Shown here piece by piece: positions 22,483 through 34,019 of a stretch of DNA of 64,000 nt. Position 1 is the first letter of the stretch. Each line of letters begins with the position of its first letter. The notes under the pieces are model-generated. The model ran no database searches, was not told where the DNA came from, and saw only the letters and a list, made by a program, of their open reading frames with translations. The DNA lies in contig JBHGNT010000009.1 in assembly GCA_043228905.1 (NCBI GenBank), positions 19,034,001 through 19,098,000 on the forward strand. Reading direction: 5' to 3'. Source of the stretch: Azolla caroliniana (Eukaryota; Plantae; Polypodiophyta). A program made the position numbers and the translations under genes.

Positions 22483-25400
22483 TTACATCAGTTGTGGGAA
22501 GGACACAAGGAAGAAATGTTTCTCTTCGCAATATCAGTAAAACCCTCCGACACCACTAAAGAGGTGTCCACTGTTCAACTTCCAAAGAAGTATCATCATT
22601 ATGCCGGTGTGTTTGATAAAGTACAAGCCAATACGCTTCCTCACCATCGACCGTATGATTGCCCCATCGATTTACAACTGGGAAAAGAGCCTCCATGGGG
22701 ACCGATCTACAATTTGTCACCAACCGAGCTAGAAGTCCTTCAAGCCTATATAGAGGATAATTTGGAAAATGGTTTCATTCGCATTCGAAATCTCCAGCCG
22801 GCGCACCCATTTTCTTTGTCAAGAAAAAGGATGGATCACTTCATCTTGTTGTAGATTACCATGGCTTGAATAAGGTCACCATCAAAAATAGGTGCAGTTC
22901 CCCTTATCTCAAGTCTTTTAGAACGGATCAATGGTGCAAGGTTCGTCACGAAGATCGACTTACGGGGAGAATATAACCTCGTACGGATCCGACCAGGAGA
23001 TGAATGGAAGACCGCGTTTCGCACCAGATATGAGCACTTCGAGTATACGGTCATGTCGTTCGGCCTCACTAATGCGCTAGCAGTCTTCCAACACATGGTA
23101 AATGATATATTCCAAGATCTCTTGGATGTTTATTTGATCATCTATTTGGATGATCTACTGGTTTATTTGAAGACCCAAGAAGAGAATGATTCTCATGTAC
23201 TATTAGTACTAAAACGACTTCGAGAACATGGTCTTTATGCAAAGCTAGAAAAATGTAGGTTCGGGTGCAACCAGGTGAAATTTCTGGGCTATGTCATCTC
23301 CTCGCAAGGCATCTCCATGGATCCAACTAAGGTCAAAACGGTGGTAGATTGGCAAACTCCGCGTTCATTGCGAGATGTGCAATGCTTTTTAGGCTTTGCC
23401 AATTTCTACTGCAAGTTTATACAGGATTACTCAAAACTTGTTCTGCCTCTCACACAACTTACTAAGAAGGGACATTCGTTCGTTTGGTCTGAAGAAGCGG
23501 ACATGGCTTTTGAGAATCTTAATAAATTATTTACATCGGCTCCTATTCTAGCTCATGTTGATCCGGAAAAACCATTCATAATGGAAGCGGACGCGTCGGA
23601 TTTCGCATTGGGTAGCATTCTGTCACACAACAAGGTAATGATGAAAAGCTACATCTTGTGCCTTTCCATTTACGCAAGTTTGACGCTGCCGAAATCAACT
23701 CTGAAATTCATGATAAGGAGCTATTAGCAATAGTGGAATCTTTTATGCAATGGAGGCATTTTCTAGAGGGATCCTCTCATCAACTCACCGTATTCAGTGA
23801 TCACAAAAACCTTGCCTACTTTCAGAATGCTCGTGTGTTAAATCGACGTCAAGCTCGGTGGGGCCAATTCTTCACGCGTTTCAACTTCAAAATTATATAT
23901 CGTCCAGGGAAGCACCAAGGGAAGGAAGATGCATTATCATGGCGTTCATATCTAGCACCGCGTCCCGGCGAGCCAGCTTTTGATAACCAAAAGCAAGTAA
24001 TCTTGGGACCGGCACGACTACAAGCAACACAAGTCTTTGGCATGTCCTTGGATTCCCACGTTATCAATATCATACGTGAGGACTTGAAGACTGATGCTTT
24101 CGCCCAAGCCATTCTAGCACAAATTGATCCTTCTCGAGCATCTTATTCATAGTCGCAACAACCATGTACGGACTATCGACAATTCGAATGTCATGATGGA
24201 TTATTGTTCTTTAAGAAACTCTTGTATGTTCCTAATGGTTCTTGCCGCCTTCGAGTAGTCCAAAATTGTCATGACACATATACAGTTGGGCATTTTGGTA
24301 GTACTAAGACATTAGATTTAGTACAACAATCATTCTGGTGGCCCTGTATGCGACAATTTGTCGAAGATTTTGTTGGGAGTTGTGATACATGTTGTAGAGC
24401 GAAAATGCCAAGGCATCATCCATATGGTTTATTAGAACCATATCAATTCCAAGCAAGCCGTGGCAATCAATTGCTCTAGATTTCATCACATATCTTCTAG
24501 TCTCTAAGATTTTCAATGCGATTTTAACAGTACTAGATCGATATACGAAGATGGCTCATTTCCTACCATGTACTAAGGAAATCTCCAGTGAAGAAACCGC
24601 AGAAATTGTCATGCGTGAAGTATGTCGGCATCATGGCCTTCCTGATAATATCATCAGCGACCGTGGACCCCAGTTCGTCTCGAAATTCTGGAAGCACCTT
24701 TTTAAAATGCTCAAGGTCACTTGTAACCTCTCCTCCGGCTACCACCCGCAAACCGACAGCCAAGCAGAATGAACAAATCAAACGGTGGAGCAGTATCCTC
24801 AGTGCTTTATAAGCTATCATCAGGATTACTTGGTGGATATTCTCCACTTCGCCGAATTTTCCTATAATAACTCTGTCTACTCATCGACTAAAGTTACGCC
24901 ATTTTATGCTTATACGGGTTGTCACCCCCAGTGCTGTGTATTTGAAACCCCAGAGTTACCCACAAATCCTTGCGCAGAGCATCGTTTGGAGCGGTTACGC
25001 AAGATACAAGCAGATTTATCTACTCATCTACAACAAGCTCAACAAACACACAAGGTTTACGCGGATCGTCATCGGCCTCCATTCAGTTTTAAGATTGGAG
25101 ATCGGGTATGGCTACTATGACGACACATCAAGACTACTCGCCCATGCGAGAAATTGGATTATCGGCAATTAGGTGCTTTCCGTATTATCGGAAAGATTAA
25201 TGATGTCGCTTTTCGTCTTGATCTACCCCCACAACTTCGCATACATCCGGTGTTTCATAGTTCTCTCCTCGAACCCTATCAAGACAGCACCATCCCAAGA
25301 CGTATTCCACAACCTCCACCCCCGATCGAACTTGAAGATGGACCTGAGTACGAGGTTGCCGCCATCCTCGATTCCAAGATTGTTCGCAACATGCTCTACT

Positions 25401-25525
25401 ATTTAGTCGATTGGCTAGGATATAGTCCCAACGAGCATACTTGGGAACCAATAGAGAATGTGACCAACGCTTGTGCTCTTCTTGAAGACTTCCATCGTCA
25501 ATATCCAAATAAACCGGGTCCTCAA
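22483..25525 (+). mobile_element. Chromovirus (Tcn1-like) pol fragment I: RT-RNaseH-IN-chromodomain, no LTRs
   Basis: YLDDLL, EADASD, SDRGPQF and chromodomain EYEVAAILDS...YLVDWLGY...TWEP (about 25345-25510). Confidence 0.92.
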
Positions 25526-25529
25526 TCAA

Positions 25530-25794
25530 TGGTTACAACAGAAAAGCTTTCCATATCTCACACACTCTCTCTCATGCTCTCTCTATATCTCTACACCAAT
25601 TTCTTTACACACATCACATTATAAAGTGATTGCCCTAAGTCATATTTATACTTATATGACTTTAGGACTATTTACAAATATGGTCATGACAAGCACACTA
25701 GAAACATATTTACATATATGTCCCTGGATCTAGTTCTCACTGAATCCATCCGGATAACTTCCGGATCCCATCCGGAGGGACCGAATTCCCAACA
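25530..25794 (-). repeat. Truncated LTR (U3 part), possibly the 5' LTR of copia H
   Basis: Starts TGTTGGG on minus at 25794, TATAAA-like motif, abrupt junction with the transposase remnant. Confidence 0.45.
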
Positions 25795-25799
25795 TGTTT

Positions 25800-26790
25800 T
25801 AAGTTACATTGGCGAAGGTTATTATTTCAACGTTTGGAGTTTACTCAACATTGATCTAGTCTGACGGAGATGCGTCACAATTAAGGCTAAACGTCCATTT
25901 TATTTTGTTGGGAGGTATCCTTCTTTAACAGGTTTGGAGATGATATGGAATTTTTTTCGGTTTGACCATGGTAAAGGTGAACATGATGGAGCAAGTGCAA
26001 TTATAAAGCGGGCACTTACCCATGAACAACTACATATGGTGTGCATATGAGTTGTATAGCACGTGTAGTTGAATTTTTAAGAGCAACGAGTGCAACTGGT
26101 GTTTATTCCTCGCAGGTCCGAGATATCAAACATGAATTTTGGGAAGTGAAGATAAATGAAGTAAATAGGGAGAAGACCTTGGAGTTCCAAAGAATTCCCG
26201 AATTGCAATCTCTCAATGTTGTGCGGGGTTATTCTAGGTTGGATGGTCATTGTATTACGGTTAGAGAATTAACTTGTTTTTGCTTACATTGTGTGCAAGG
26301 AAATTGGAGGTATTGTTTAAACAAAGCATATATTCAGAATTGGGAGTACCATACATTGAATGACAAGGACCGAGCGGATGGAGAAACAGAAAACAATGTT
26401 GACTTCACATATCAGGGTCGTGGAGATACTCTGAGTGATATCATAAACGTTGGGGATAATTTTGTTGTAAATGCAGAAGAAGACAATTCAGAGGGTGTTG
26501 ATATCTATATATTGAAGTGCATGGTTTGTAAACAATGTGCAACCCAAATACTGTAGATGCTTGGGGAAATTTTGTATCTACTGGGACATTCTACATCGAA
26601 GGTATTTTTTATGCAAGACTAGATTATTACGATTATGTGTATAGGCTTTTACAAGACAAACCAGTAGCGTACATGTACTCTCATTTGTTCAGGTGCATCA
26701 ACGTCCCGATGTCGCAATACAATAGCTGCTCAGATTTATACACAGTTAGTGCTAATGTGTATGAATGTATTTGAAAAGAATCAATGGTGA
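25800..26790 (+). pseudogene. DNA transposase remnant, Sola2-like DDD type
   Basis: SDGDASQ...WNFFRFDHGKGEHDGASAIIKR followed by RELTCFCLHCVQGNWRYC; frameshifted. Confidence 0.6.
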
Positions 26791-26796
26791 TTCTTG

Positions 26797-27135
26797 TGTA
26801 GCGGAATAGATGTGTGTTATGTGTGTATATGTTTGAGAGAAGAAGAGTGGAGAGAAAAGAGAACTCAAGATAGATAAATGATAGGAAAATAGAATACTCA
26901 AGAAGAAGGTGTATATTTCACAAGTAGAATGAGATTTACAAAATGTAGCATAACAAGGAGTCACAACCGACTTAGTATGAAGTAAGAGGAGGGGGCTTTA
27001 TATAGAGTCACTCTTTCTCTTCATTAACTTACAACAACCACTCTCTCTCTCTTGGGGAATGTGAAGACTCATAGTCATGGGGAATATGTAACTCATTAGT
27101 TATGTGTCATAGAATATGTAAAACACGGGACTACA
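26797..27135 (-). repeat. Possible solo LTR
   Basis: TGTAG...CTACA inverted termini and CTATATAAAG on minus near 26995-27004; TSD not convincing. Confidence 0.4.
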
Positions 27136-27532
27136 TTATGTAGCCGTGCATTTTTATTTCTTTTTCATGTTTAGTTTATCTCCCCTCTCGATTTTTGAAG
27201 CATGCACGGGACTACCCATTTGGTAGTCGGCATTGTAATTGATTCCACCCCTCTTTTTAATTTTTACCATCCTACCCTCCCCTCATTTTTCCCAAATTAC
27301 CACTTTATCCCTCCCCTTATCTTTTAAATTACCCTCCTATCCCTCCCTTTACTTTTGAAAATTACCACACTACCCTTCCCCTCACTTTTCCAAAACTACT
27401 ACCCTACCCCTCCCCTTACCTTTGTTTCACGCACCCCCTAACCCCTTTAAACCTTCATTTTTCATTATCACGCATCTACCCCTCCCTCACTTTTACCTCT
27501 ACCCCCTCCTTTCCCACTTTTAAGTTTTTTAT

Positions 27533-27715
27533 CATCTACCCCTCCTCCAACTTTTCCCTATTTACACCTCTACCCTCCTCCAACTTTTCCCTATTTATGC
27601 CTCTACCCTCCTCCAACTTTTCCCTATTTACGCCTCTACCCCTCCTCCAACTTTTCACTATTTACACATCTACCCCTCCTCCAACTTTTCCCCTATTTAC
27701 GCCTCTACCCCTCCA
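27533..27715. repeat. Tandem repeat, 33-34-bp unit, about 5.5 copies
   Basis: CCTCTACCCTCCTCCAACTTTTCCCTATTTAC(A/G) units. Confidence 0.9.
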
Positions 27716-27761
27716 TTTTTCCTTAGCCACCCTATACCCCTTATTCTAAACCAAATATTTA

Positions 27762-27764
<3 letters not shown>

Positions 27765-27808
<44 letters not shown>
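27765..27808. repeat. (CT)n microsatellite
   Basis: Direct reading. Confidence 0.95.
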
Positions 27809-27811
<3 letters not shown>

Positions 27812-28101
27812 TTTTTGGCCCTACACTTTTGCCCACATTACCTTCCCTTTTTCCCTATATTTTAACACCCTTACCATTACCCTCTTCTTCCTCAACATAC
27901 ACATGTGCACATGTGCACATCCTTTACCCTCTCTCTTGCCTTTTTTTTCCCTTACACCCTCTCACCATTCCCTTTTCCCTATCTTTAAAATCCTTACACC
28001 CCACTACCATCCCTTAATGTGCACATATACACATAGCACACCCCTACCCCCCACTCCCTATTTTGAACCCACACCCTCACTCTACCCCTCTCCTAAAATC
28101 C

Positions 28102-28109
28102 TATATAAA
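28102..28109 (+). promoter_or_regulatory. TATA box upstream of the hammerhead ribozyme
   Basis: CCTATATAAAT in a pyrimidine-rich context, about 20 nt before ribozyme stem I. Confidence 0.5.
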
Positions 28110-28125
28110 TCCCCTCCCTTACCCT

Positions 28126-28190
28126 CATGGTCTTATGGCACTGATGAGCCCTTCGGGGCGAAACTAGTTTGCCGGTTACGTAAGACCATG
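28126..28190 (+). ncRNA. Type I hammerhead ribozyme
   Basis: GGCA-CTGATGA-GCCC-TTCG-GGGC-GAAA-C-TA-G-T-T/TGCC core; distal stem I CATGGTCTTAT pairs with GTAAGACCATG. Confidence 0.88.
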
Positions 28191-28246
28191 CACCCCCCCA
28201 CCCACCAAAAACCCAATGTAATTTTCCCAAATGATAATTACATGTT

Positions 28247-28249
<3 letters not shown>

Positions 28250-28304
<55 letters not shown>
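28250..28304. repeat. (CT)n microsatellite
   Basis: Direct reading. Confidence 0.95.
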
Positions 28305-28306
<2 letters not shown>

Positions 28307-28424
28307 TCCTTTTCTAATTATGTTTTTACTTATGTTTTATCTCTCCCTCCCCCTTTTAATTATGTTCTAATCTCGATTTTTAGTTGTAAATGGTACCTCT
28401 CTCTTTCATTTTAAGTAATATGTT

Positions 28425-28882
28425 AATCCCCTCCCCTCCCCTTACCCTACTTTTTAAACTTTAATTAGGTTTTTAATCTCGTTTTTTATCTTTAATCTTA
28501 AGTTTATTATGTTTTAATCTCGTTTTTAATCCTTAATCTTAGTGTTATTATGTTTTAATCTCTCTCTCCCTCTCTCTCTCTTTCAATTTATTTTTAACTA
28601 ATAGGTTAATCCGTCCTACCCCTCCCATTACCTTGTGTTGCACTTAGGGTTATATATAATTATTATTATTATTATTTACGGTTTAATCATTTTATTAGTT
28701 TTTATGTTAGTCCCTTCCCTTCTCCTTACCCCACTTTTTTAACTTTAATTAGGTTTTTAATCTCGTTTTTTATCTTTAATCTTAGGTTTATTATGTTTTA
28801 ATCTCGTTTTTAATCTTTAATCTTAGGTTTATTATGTTTTAATCTCGTTTTTAATCTTTAATCTTAGGTTTATTATGTTTTT
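28425..28882. repeat. Duplicated T-rich block containing a roughly 42-bp tandem repeat
   Basis: TTTTAATCTCGTTTTTAATCTTTAATCTTAGGTTTATTATG units at about 28470-28560 and 28755-28882. Confidence 0.85.
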
Positions 28883-28994
28883 ATTAGTTTTTGTGTTTAG
28901 CCGCTACCCCCCTTCCCCGCTTTCAATTACTATGTTAATCCCCTACCCTTGCCCCTCTTCTTAACACCTACTCCTCCTATCTCTTCGTATACAC

Positions 28995-31900
28995 CAAGTA
29001 CTCTATCGATTCGGGTGCGCTCAATCGACCTTGGTGTTCCTCTTCTCTGATATCTCCTCCACTCGTTGATGATTCACCATTTCCGCACTCCTCGTCTACG
29101 GCCTTGTCGTCAACATAAACTCATAGTTAATGTGTAGAGAGTAGTGGTGTGACTCTTGACCTTTGAGTAATCATAGATTCTCAAAAGGTGTGTTCACATG
29201 TTGTGCTATGTTGAGCTTGATTCTCAACACGCCCCCTCAAGCTCAACTCGGGTTGGTTCCTTTTGATTGATGTCCGCTTCGGTTGGTATCCTGTTCAGAC
29301 GATCTCCGGTGTCTGCTTCGGCTCGTACCCGGTTCAAACGGTATCCGGTTCTCGCTTATACTCCCCCTCAAGCTTGGCAAGTCAGGGATCATCAATCCAA
29401 GGTCTGACATGAATTGCCAAAGCTTGTCATCTCCTAGGGCCTTCGTGAAGATGTCAGCCGTTTGAAGATTTCTATTGATGTGTTGAAGGTCGACATCTCT
29501 GGCTTGAACACACTCCCGAATGAAGTGATAGTGCACTTTGATATGCTTCGTGCATGCATGGAACACCGAGTTCCGAGCCAGATAAATACTGCTCATGTTG
29601 TCGCAATAAAGGGGAGTCGGATCCTTGATGGGAACGCCCAGATCCTTCAAAATCCTCTTGAGCCATATGGCTTCACACGTAGCTACGGCCGCGCCCCTGT
29701 ATTCCGCCTCCGTACTCGAAAGAGTGACGGTAGGCCACTTCTTGCTACTCCATGAAATCGCTCCGTTGCCGAGGGAGAAGACAAATCCGGAGGTCGATCG
29801 TCAATCGGCTTTGTAGCTAGCCCAGTCCGCGTCTCTGTACCCTTTGAGTCGTATTGGTGTGGCCGATGTGTAGAGAACGTTGTAATCCATTGTGCCGCTC
29901 ACATATCATAATACTCGCTTAGCACAATCCAAGTGAATGTCGCGTGGTTTTTGCATGAATTGGCTAAGGAGTCTGACTGGATAGCTAAGGTCGGGTCAAG
30001 TGATCGTGAGATAGATGAGGCTCCCGATCAATTAACGATATTGGGTCGGCTCGCACTCATCTGTGCCGGAGTCAGCATCTAGTTTGAGGTTTCGATCGAG
30101 AGGCATAGCACTCAATCATCCGGAACTTATATAACAAGTTGAGAATGTAGTGTCGTTGAGAGATCATAATGCCAGCCGGAATCCGAATTACTTCGATGCC
30201 AAGGAAGTAATGGAGCTCCTTCATGTCCGTCGTCTCGAATTTGTTGGAGACGAGGGACTTCACCTTGTTGATGTCGACTAAATGCTCACCTCCAATAACC
30301 AGCTCATCCACATAGAGGATGATGACAATTAGGCTTCTCGAGTCGTGGCATACGTAGAGGGAGTTGTCAGATTTCGACATTCGAAATCCGATTTGATGAA
30401 GATATTGCGTAATCTTTGAATGACAAGCACGCGGTGCTTGCTTGAGGCCGTAGAGTGGCTTCTTGGTACCATGTAGACCTCCTCATCTAATTTTCCTTGG
30501 AGAAAGGTGTTCTTGACGTCCATTTGGTGGAGGTGCCACCCTTTTGCTGCTACAAGTGCGATCACAGTCTGCACCGTCGTCATCTTTGCCACCGAGGCAA
30601 AGGTCTCTTCATAGTCGACGCCATGTGCCTGAGCGTATCCTTTCGAGCTTTGTAGCGGTTTACGGAGCCATCAGCGTTATACTTCACCTTGTAGATCCAT
30701 CTACAACCGATTGCCTTCTTGTGCGGTGAGTGGGGAACGAGATCCCATGTCTCATTCTTGCGTAATGCACGCATCTCCTCATTCATTACTTCGATCCATC
30801 ACGGTTCCTTCGCGGCTTCGGAAAACGTTTCCGGCTCCCATACTGTTGCTACCTTCATCATAAAGGTGTAATGGTACGCCATATAATCGTTGTAGCCGAA
30901 TTAGCTTACGGGGTTCTTTTCACGGGTGGTTTGGCGGAGCTTCTCGTTTGCGGATACTACGGCGTTCTCCGCTCCATTTGTTCGGATCTCAAGGCCTTCG
31001 AACTCACTATCAAGGGAGTGAGTTGATTCGTTGCCGTCGAAGTGATCGTCTTCATACTCCGGCATTTTCGCCTTCCCTTTCTCCATCTTTGGACTCGGCC
31101 GAGATGTGCTTTGATTGCTCGGGGCCTCTTGTGGCCCACTAAGCCTTGTCATAATTGGGCTATCTTCAAACATGCGCGTGAGTCGATCTTCGGCTTCTAT
31201 CTCTATTTCAGCAGAATCCGGGTCGAGCGGAATCGAAGTCGAAGTTGTCTCTGGTGCGTACCAAGATGCGGACTCGTCGTAAATGACGTCTCGACTTACG
31301 TGAGATTTTTGAGTTGAGGGGTTGTAGCACTTGTACCCCTTTTGCTCCAGTGAGTATCCTACAAGGATACATTTCTCCGACTTCGGGTCGAGCTCTTGAC
31401 GCTTCTCATCGGGGATGTGCACGTACGCAATGGAGCCAAATATCCGAACATGCGATAGGTCCGGCTTCTTTTCGAAGAACTTCTCGTGCGGAGTAAGTTC
31501 ATGCACACCCGATGTCGTACACCAATTCATGAGATAAACAGTCGTGTTAGCTGCTTCTGCCCAATACGATTTTGGCATGTGCTTTTCGTTAAGCATAGCC
31601 CGTGCCACTTCGAGGATGTGCCGATTCTTGCGTTCGGCCACTCCGTTTTGTTGCGGCGTATGTCGACACGAAAACTCTCGTCGTATTCCTTCTTTCCGTA
31701 GAAACGCCGAAAATCGTCGGAGAAGTACTCCTTGCCTCCATCCAACCGAAGACATCGTACATGTCGGCCCGTGGCTTTCTCGACTTCATTCTTGAATTTT
31801 TGGAAGTGTCCGAACACTTCACTCTTTTGCTGCATCAGGTAGATCCAAGTGTGTCTAGGGAAGTCGTCGATGAAGGTCACGTAGTATCAGCTTCCGTCGA

Positions 31901-32820
31901 ATGTCGTCGTCTGAGCCGGACCCCATACATCGGAATGAATTACGTCGAGTATGCCTTTGCTCACATTCCACTCCTTCGGAAATGGGTGCCGATGTTGCTT
32001 GCCGAATTGGCAAGCAGCACACACGCCTTCAATCTCTTTCTCCGCAAGTGTCGGGAGCCCGATGACGACTCCTTTCGATTGCATTGCCTTGAGCTTTTGG
32101 AGATTTATATGGCCAATCCACTTGTGCCATAACTCTATGTCGGAATCGTCTTTCACACCCTTCGCGAACATGGACGATTTCATCTCGTGTGAGTCGAGAA
32201 TGAACATTCGGCCCTCTCTTCATCCGCGAGCGATGAGTCGGCCTTCTTTTTCAATGAAGCAATAGCCTTGATTAAATCGTACTTGCATTCCTTGCTCTAG
32301 AATTTGGCCAACAGAGACCAAATTCTTCTCGATAGTTGGTACATGCAAGACCTTTTTAATATAAGTTTGCTTACCTTCTTCTTCGAACGGAACATTGCCA
32401 ATGTGCCGAATCGGGTGCGTAGTGTCGTCTCAGCTTTCGACATAGTCGGGTCGGTCCGGCTCTCGAAGTTCTCAGAACCATTCTTGATGCGACATCATAT
32501 GGTTCGAGGCACCGGAATTGACGAACCATACGTCTTCCGAACCAGGGGCACTAGTGGAAGTAGAGGCCGACATAGAATTCGCTCTATGTCTCATCGCGAA
32601 CATTCCGCCGCGATCATCATAATCAGAGTTGATGGCGTAGTTGGTGAGTTTTCGGCTAGTGGAAGCCGACTCACGTATCTTCTTACGGCATTCTTCTTCA
32701 TGGTGACTGATTTTTCCGCAATATCCGCATTTGACCGTGCTTTGTTGGTTCGGACCGGAATGGAAGCTCCCCCTTCTTCCGAAGGTTCAGACCGGACATG
32801 TGTATTTAGAACCATAATTG
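28995..32820 (-). mobile_element. Ty1/copia element J (same group as E), 5'-truncated
   Basis: CGYCGKISHHEEEC knuckle, WFVNSGASNHM protease, integrase ORF 30901-31755, RT, RNaseH, PPT 29230-29240, 3' LTR starting TGTTGAG at 29229 (LTR far end uncertain). Confidence 0.88.
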
Positions 32821-33614
32821 GTAGGGAAGAATGAAAAATAAAAATCAGCCACGTTCACCCAAATCCTAAATAAAGTTTGGGGGAAGTTTAGAGACACAGC
32901 CATTGAAATCAGAAATGTGAATTGGTGCAAATTTCCAACACTAAATCTGAAATTTTCACCAATAATCAAAAATCAACCGCTTAAAAAATCAAAAACCCAA
33001 ATCAGAAATCAACTACGTAAGGAAATCAGAAACCTTAATAAGAAACCCTAATAAAAAATCAACCGCTTAAGGAAATAAAAAACCCTAATCTGAAATATGT
33101 ATGAAATCAACCCTAATCCGAATTTTTGTCAATTAGAAACACACCTGCTGCTACACCCCGATCTTCGAGACATCCTTGTTTGGGACTCCAATGACTTCGC
33201 CCTAATCGTTTTTTATAAAAGATGAACAGGCAACAAAGTTACAGTTATCATAAAGGAAAAGGAAGATTTTTTAATGTGTAACTGATACATACCTGGACCA
33301 GGATCGAACTGGTGGTGTGCTGTAGCTCTAAAGGTGCAATGTCGATATCAGAGTTTTTGTGCTGCTACGGGAGCTTCATCTGTGTTCATGGTCAGAGTAC
33401 TCCATCTATTTGGATTTCGAACTTAAACTCAGGATTAACAGCAATTTGGTGTCATTCAAGTTGAGTTTAGATGAGGGCACTGTTCCCTAAGTTCCACTAC
33501 GTCAAAAACCAAAGTTCAAATTTTTGAGTATTCTCATAAATTAAATGACATGTATTTAACTAATAAAGCATAAAATTTCGTAAATGATTGCCCACAAAAA
33601 ACTAGCTAAATATT

Positions 33615-33924
33615 TGTCATGATATACCATGGTATGGCTTAAAAAAGATTTGAACCCATGACCTTGTGTCACATGAGTTGAAGCCCTACCATTAAGTTAT
33701 ATATTATAATACAAAGATTATTGTTTTCATTTATTATTTCACTATAGAAAATTTATGTATATTCCATATTTCTCTGGAACATTCTACAAACTTCAGGAGT
33801 ACTCCTGATAACACTATAAAAAGAGGCACAAGGCATTATTTCGAACCAATTCAGTTCAACACCAGTCTTAAACCTCCTAAATACTCTTGTATATTCTCTT
33901 CATATAATATATCGTTTGTTATCA

Positions 33925-33963
<39 letters not shown>

Positions 33964-34019
33964 TTCTCTTGAGAGTTCTACATCCTCCTTCCCTCTCTGT
34001 CTTAGTACTATTCCTGACA
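33615..34019 (+). repeat. 5' LTR of element K
   Basis: TGTCA...TGACA, TATAAA at 33815, (CT)n in U5. Confidence 0.88.
33636..33706 (-). ncRNA. tRNA-like Pol III cassette, antisense in LTR K
   Basis: Minus strand: TAACTTAATGGTAGGGC-18 nt-AGGTC-ATGGG-TTCAAAT-C then a T run; 5' half retained in the 3' LTR as TAGCTTAATGGTAGGCC. Confidence 0.6.

Noticed and set aside
27533-28882. Regular repeats resembling a CRISPR array
   Set aside because: Units are contiguous with no unique spacers, there are no cas genes, and the context is eukaryotic
27139-28908. Hypothesis that TGTAGCCGTG...CCGCTAC bounds one long LTR containing the ribozyme
   Set aside because: No terminal CA, no TSD, and the internal repeat pattern continues past 28908
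32820-33600. AAACCCTAAT motifs and possible minus-strand splice sites
   Set aside because: Scattered telo-box-like words with no coherent ORF or element ends
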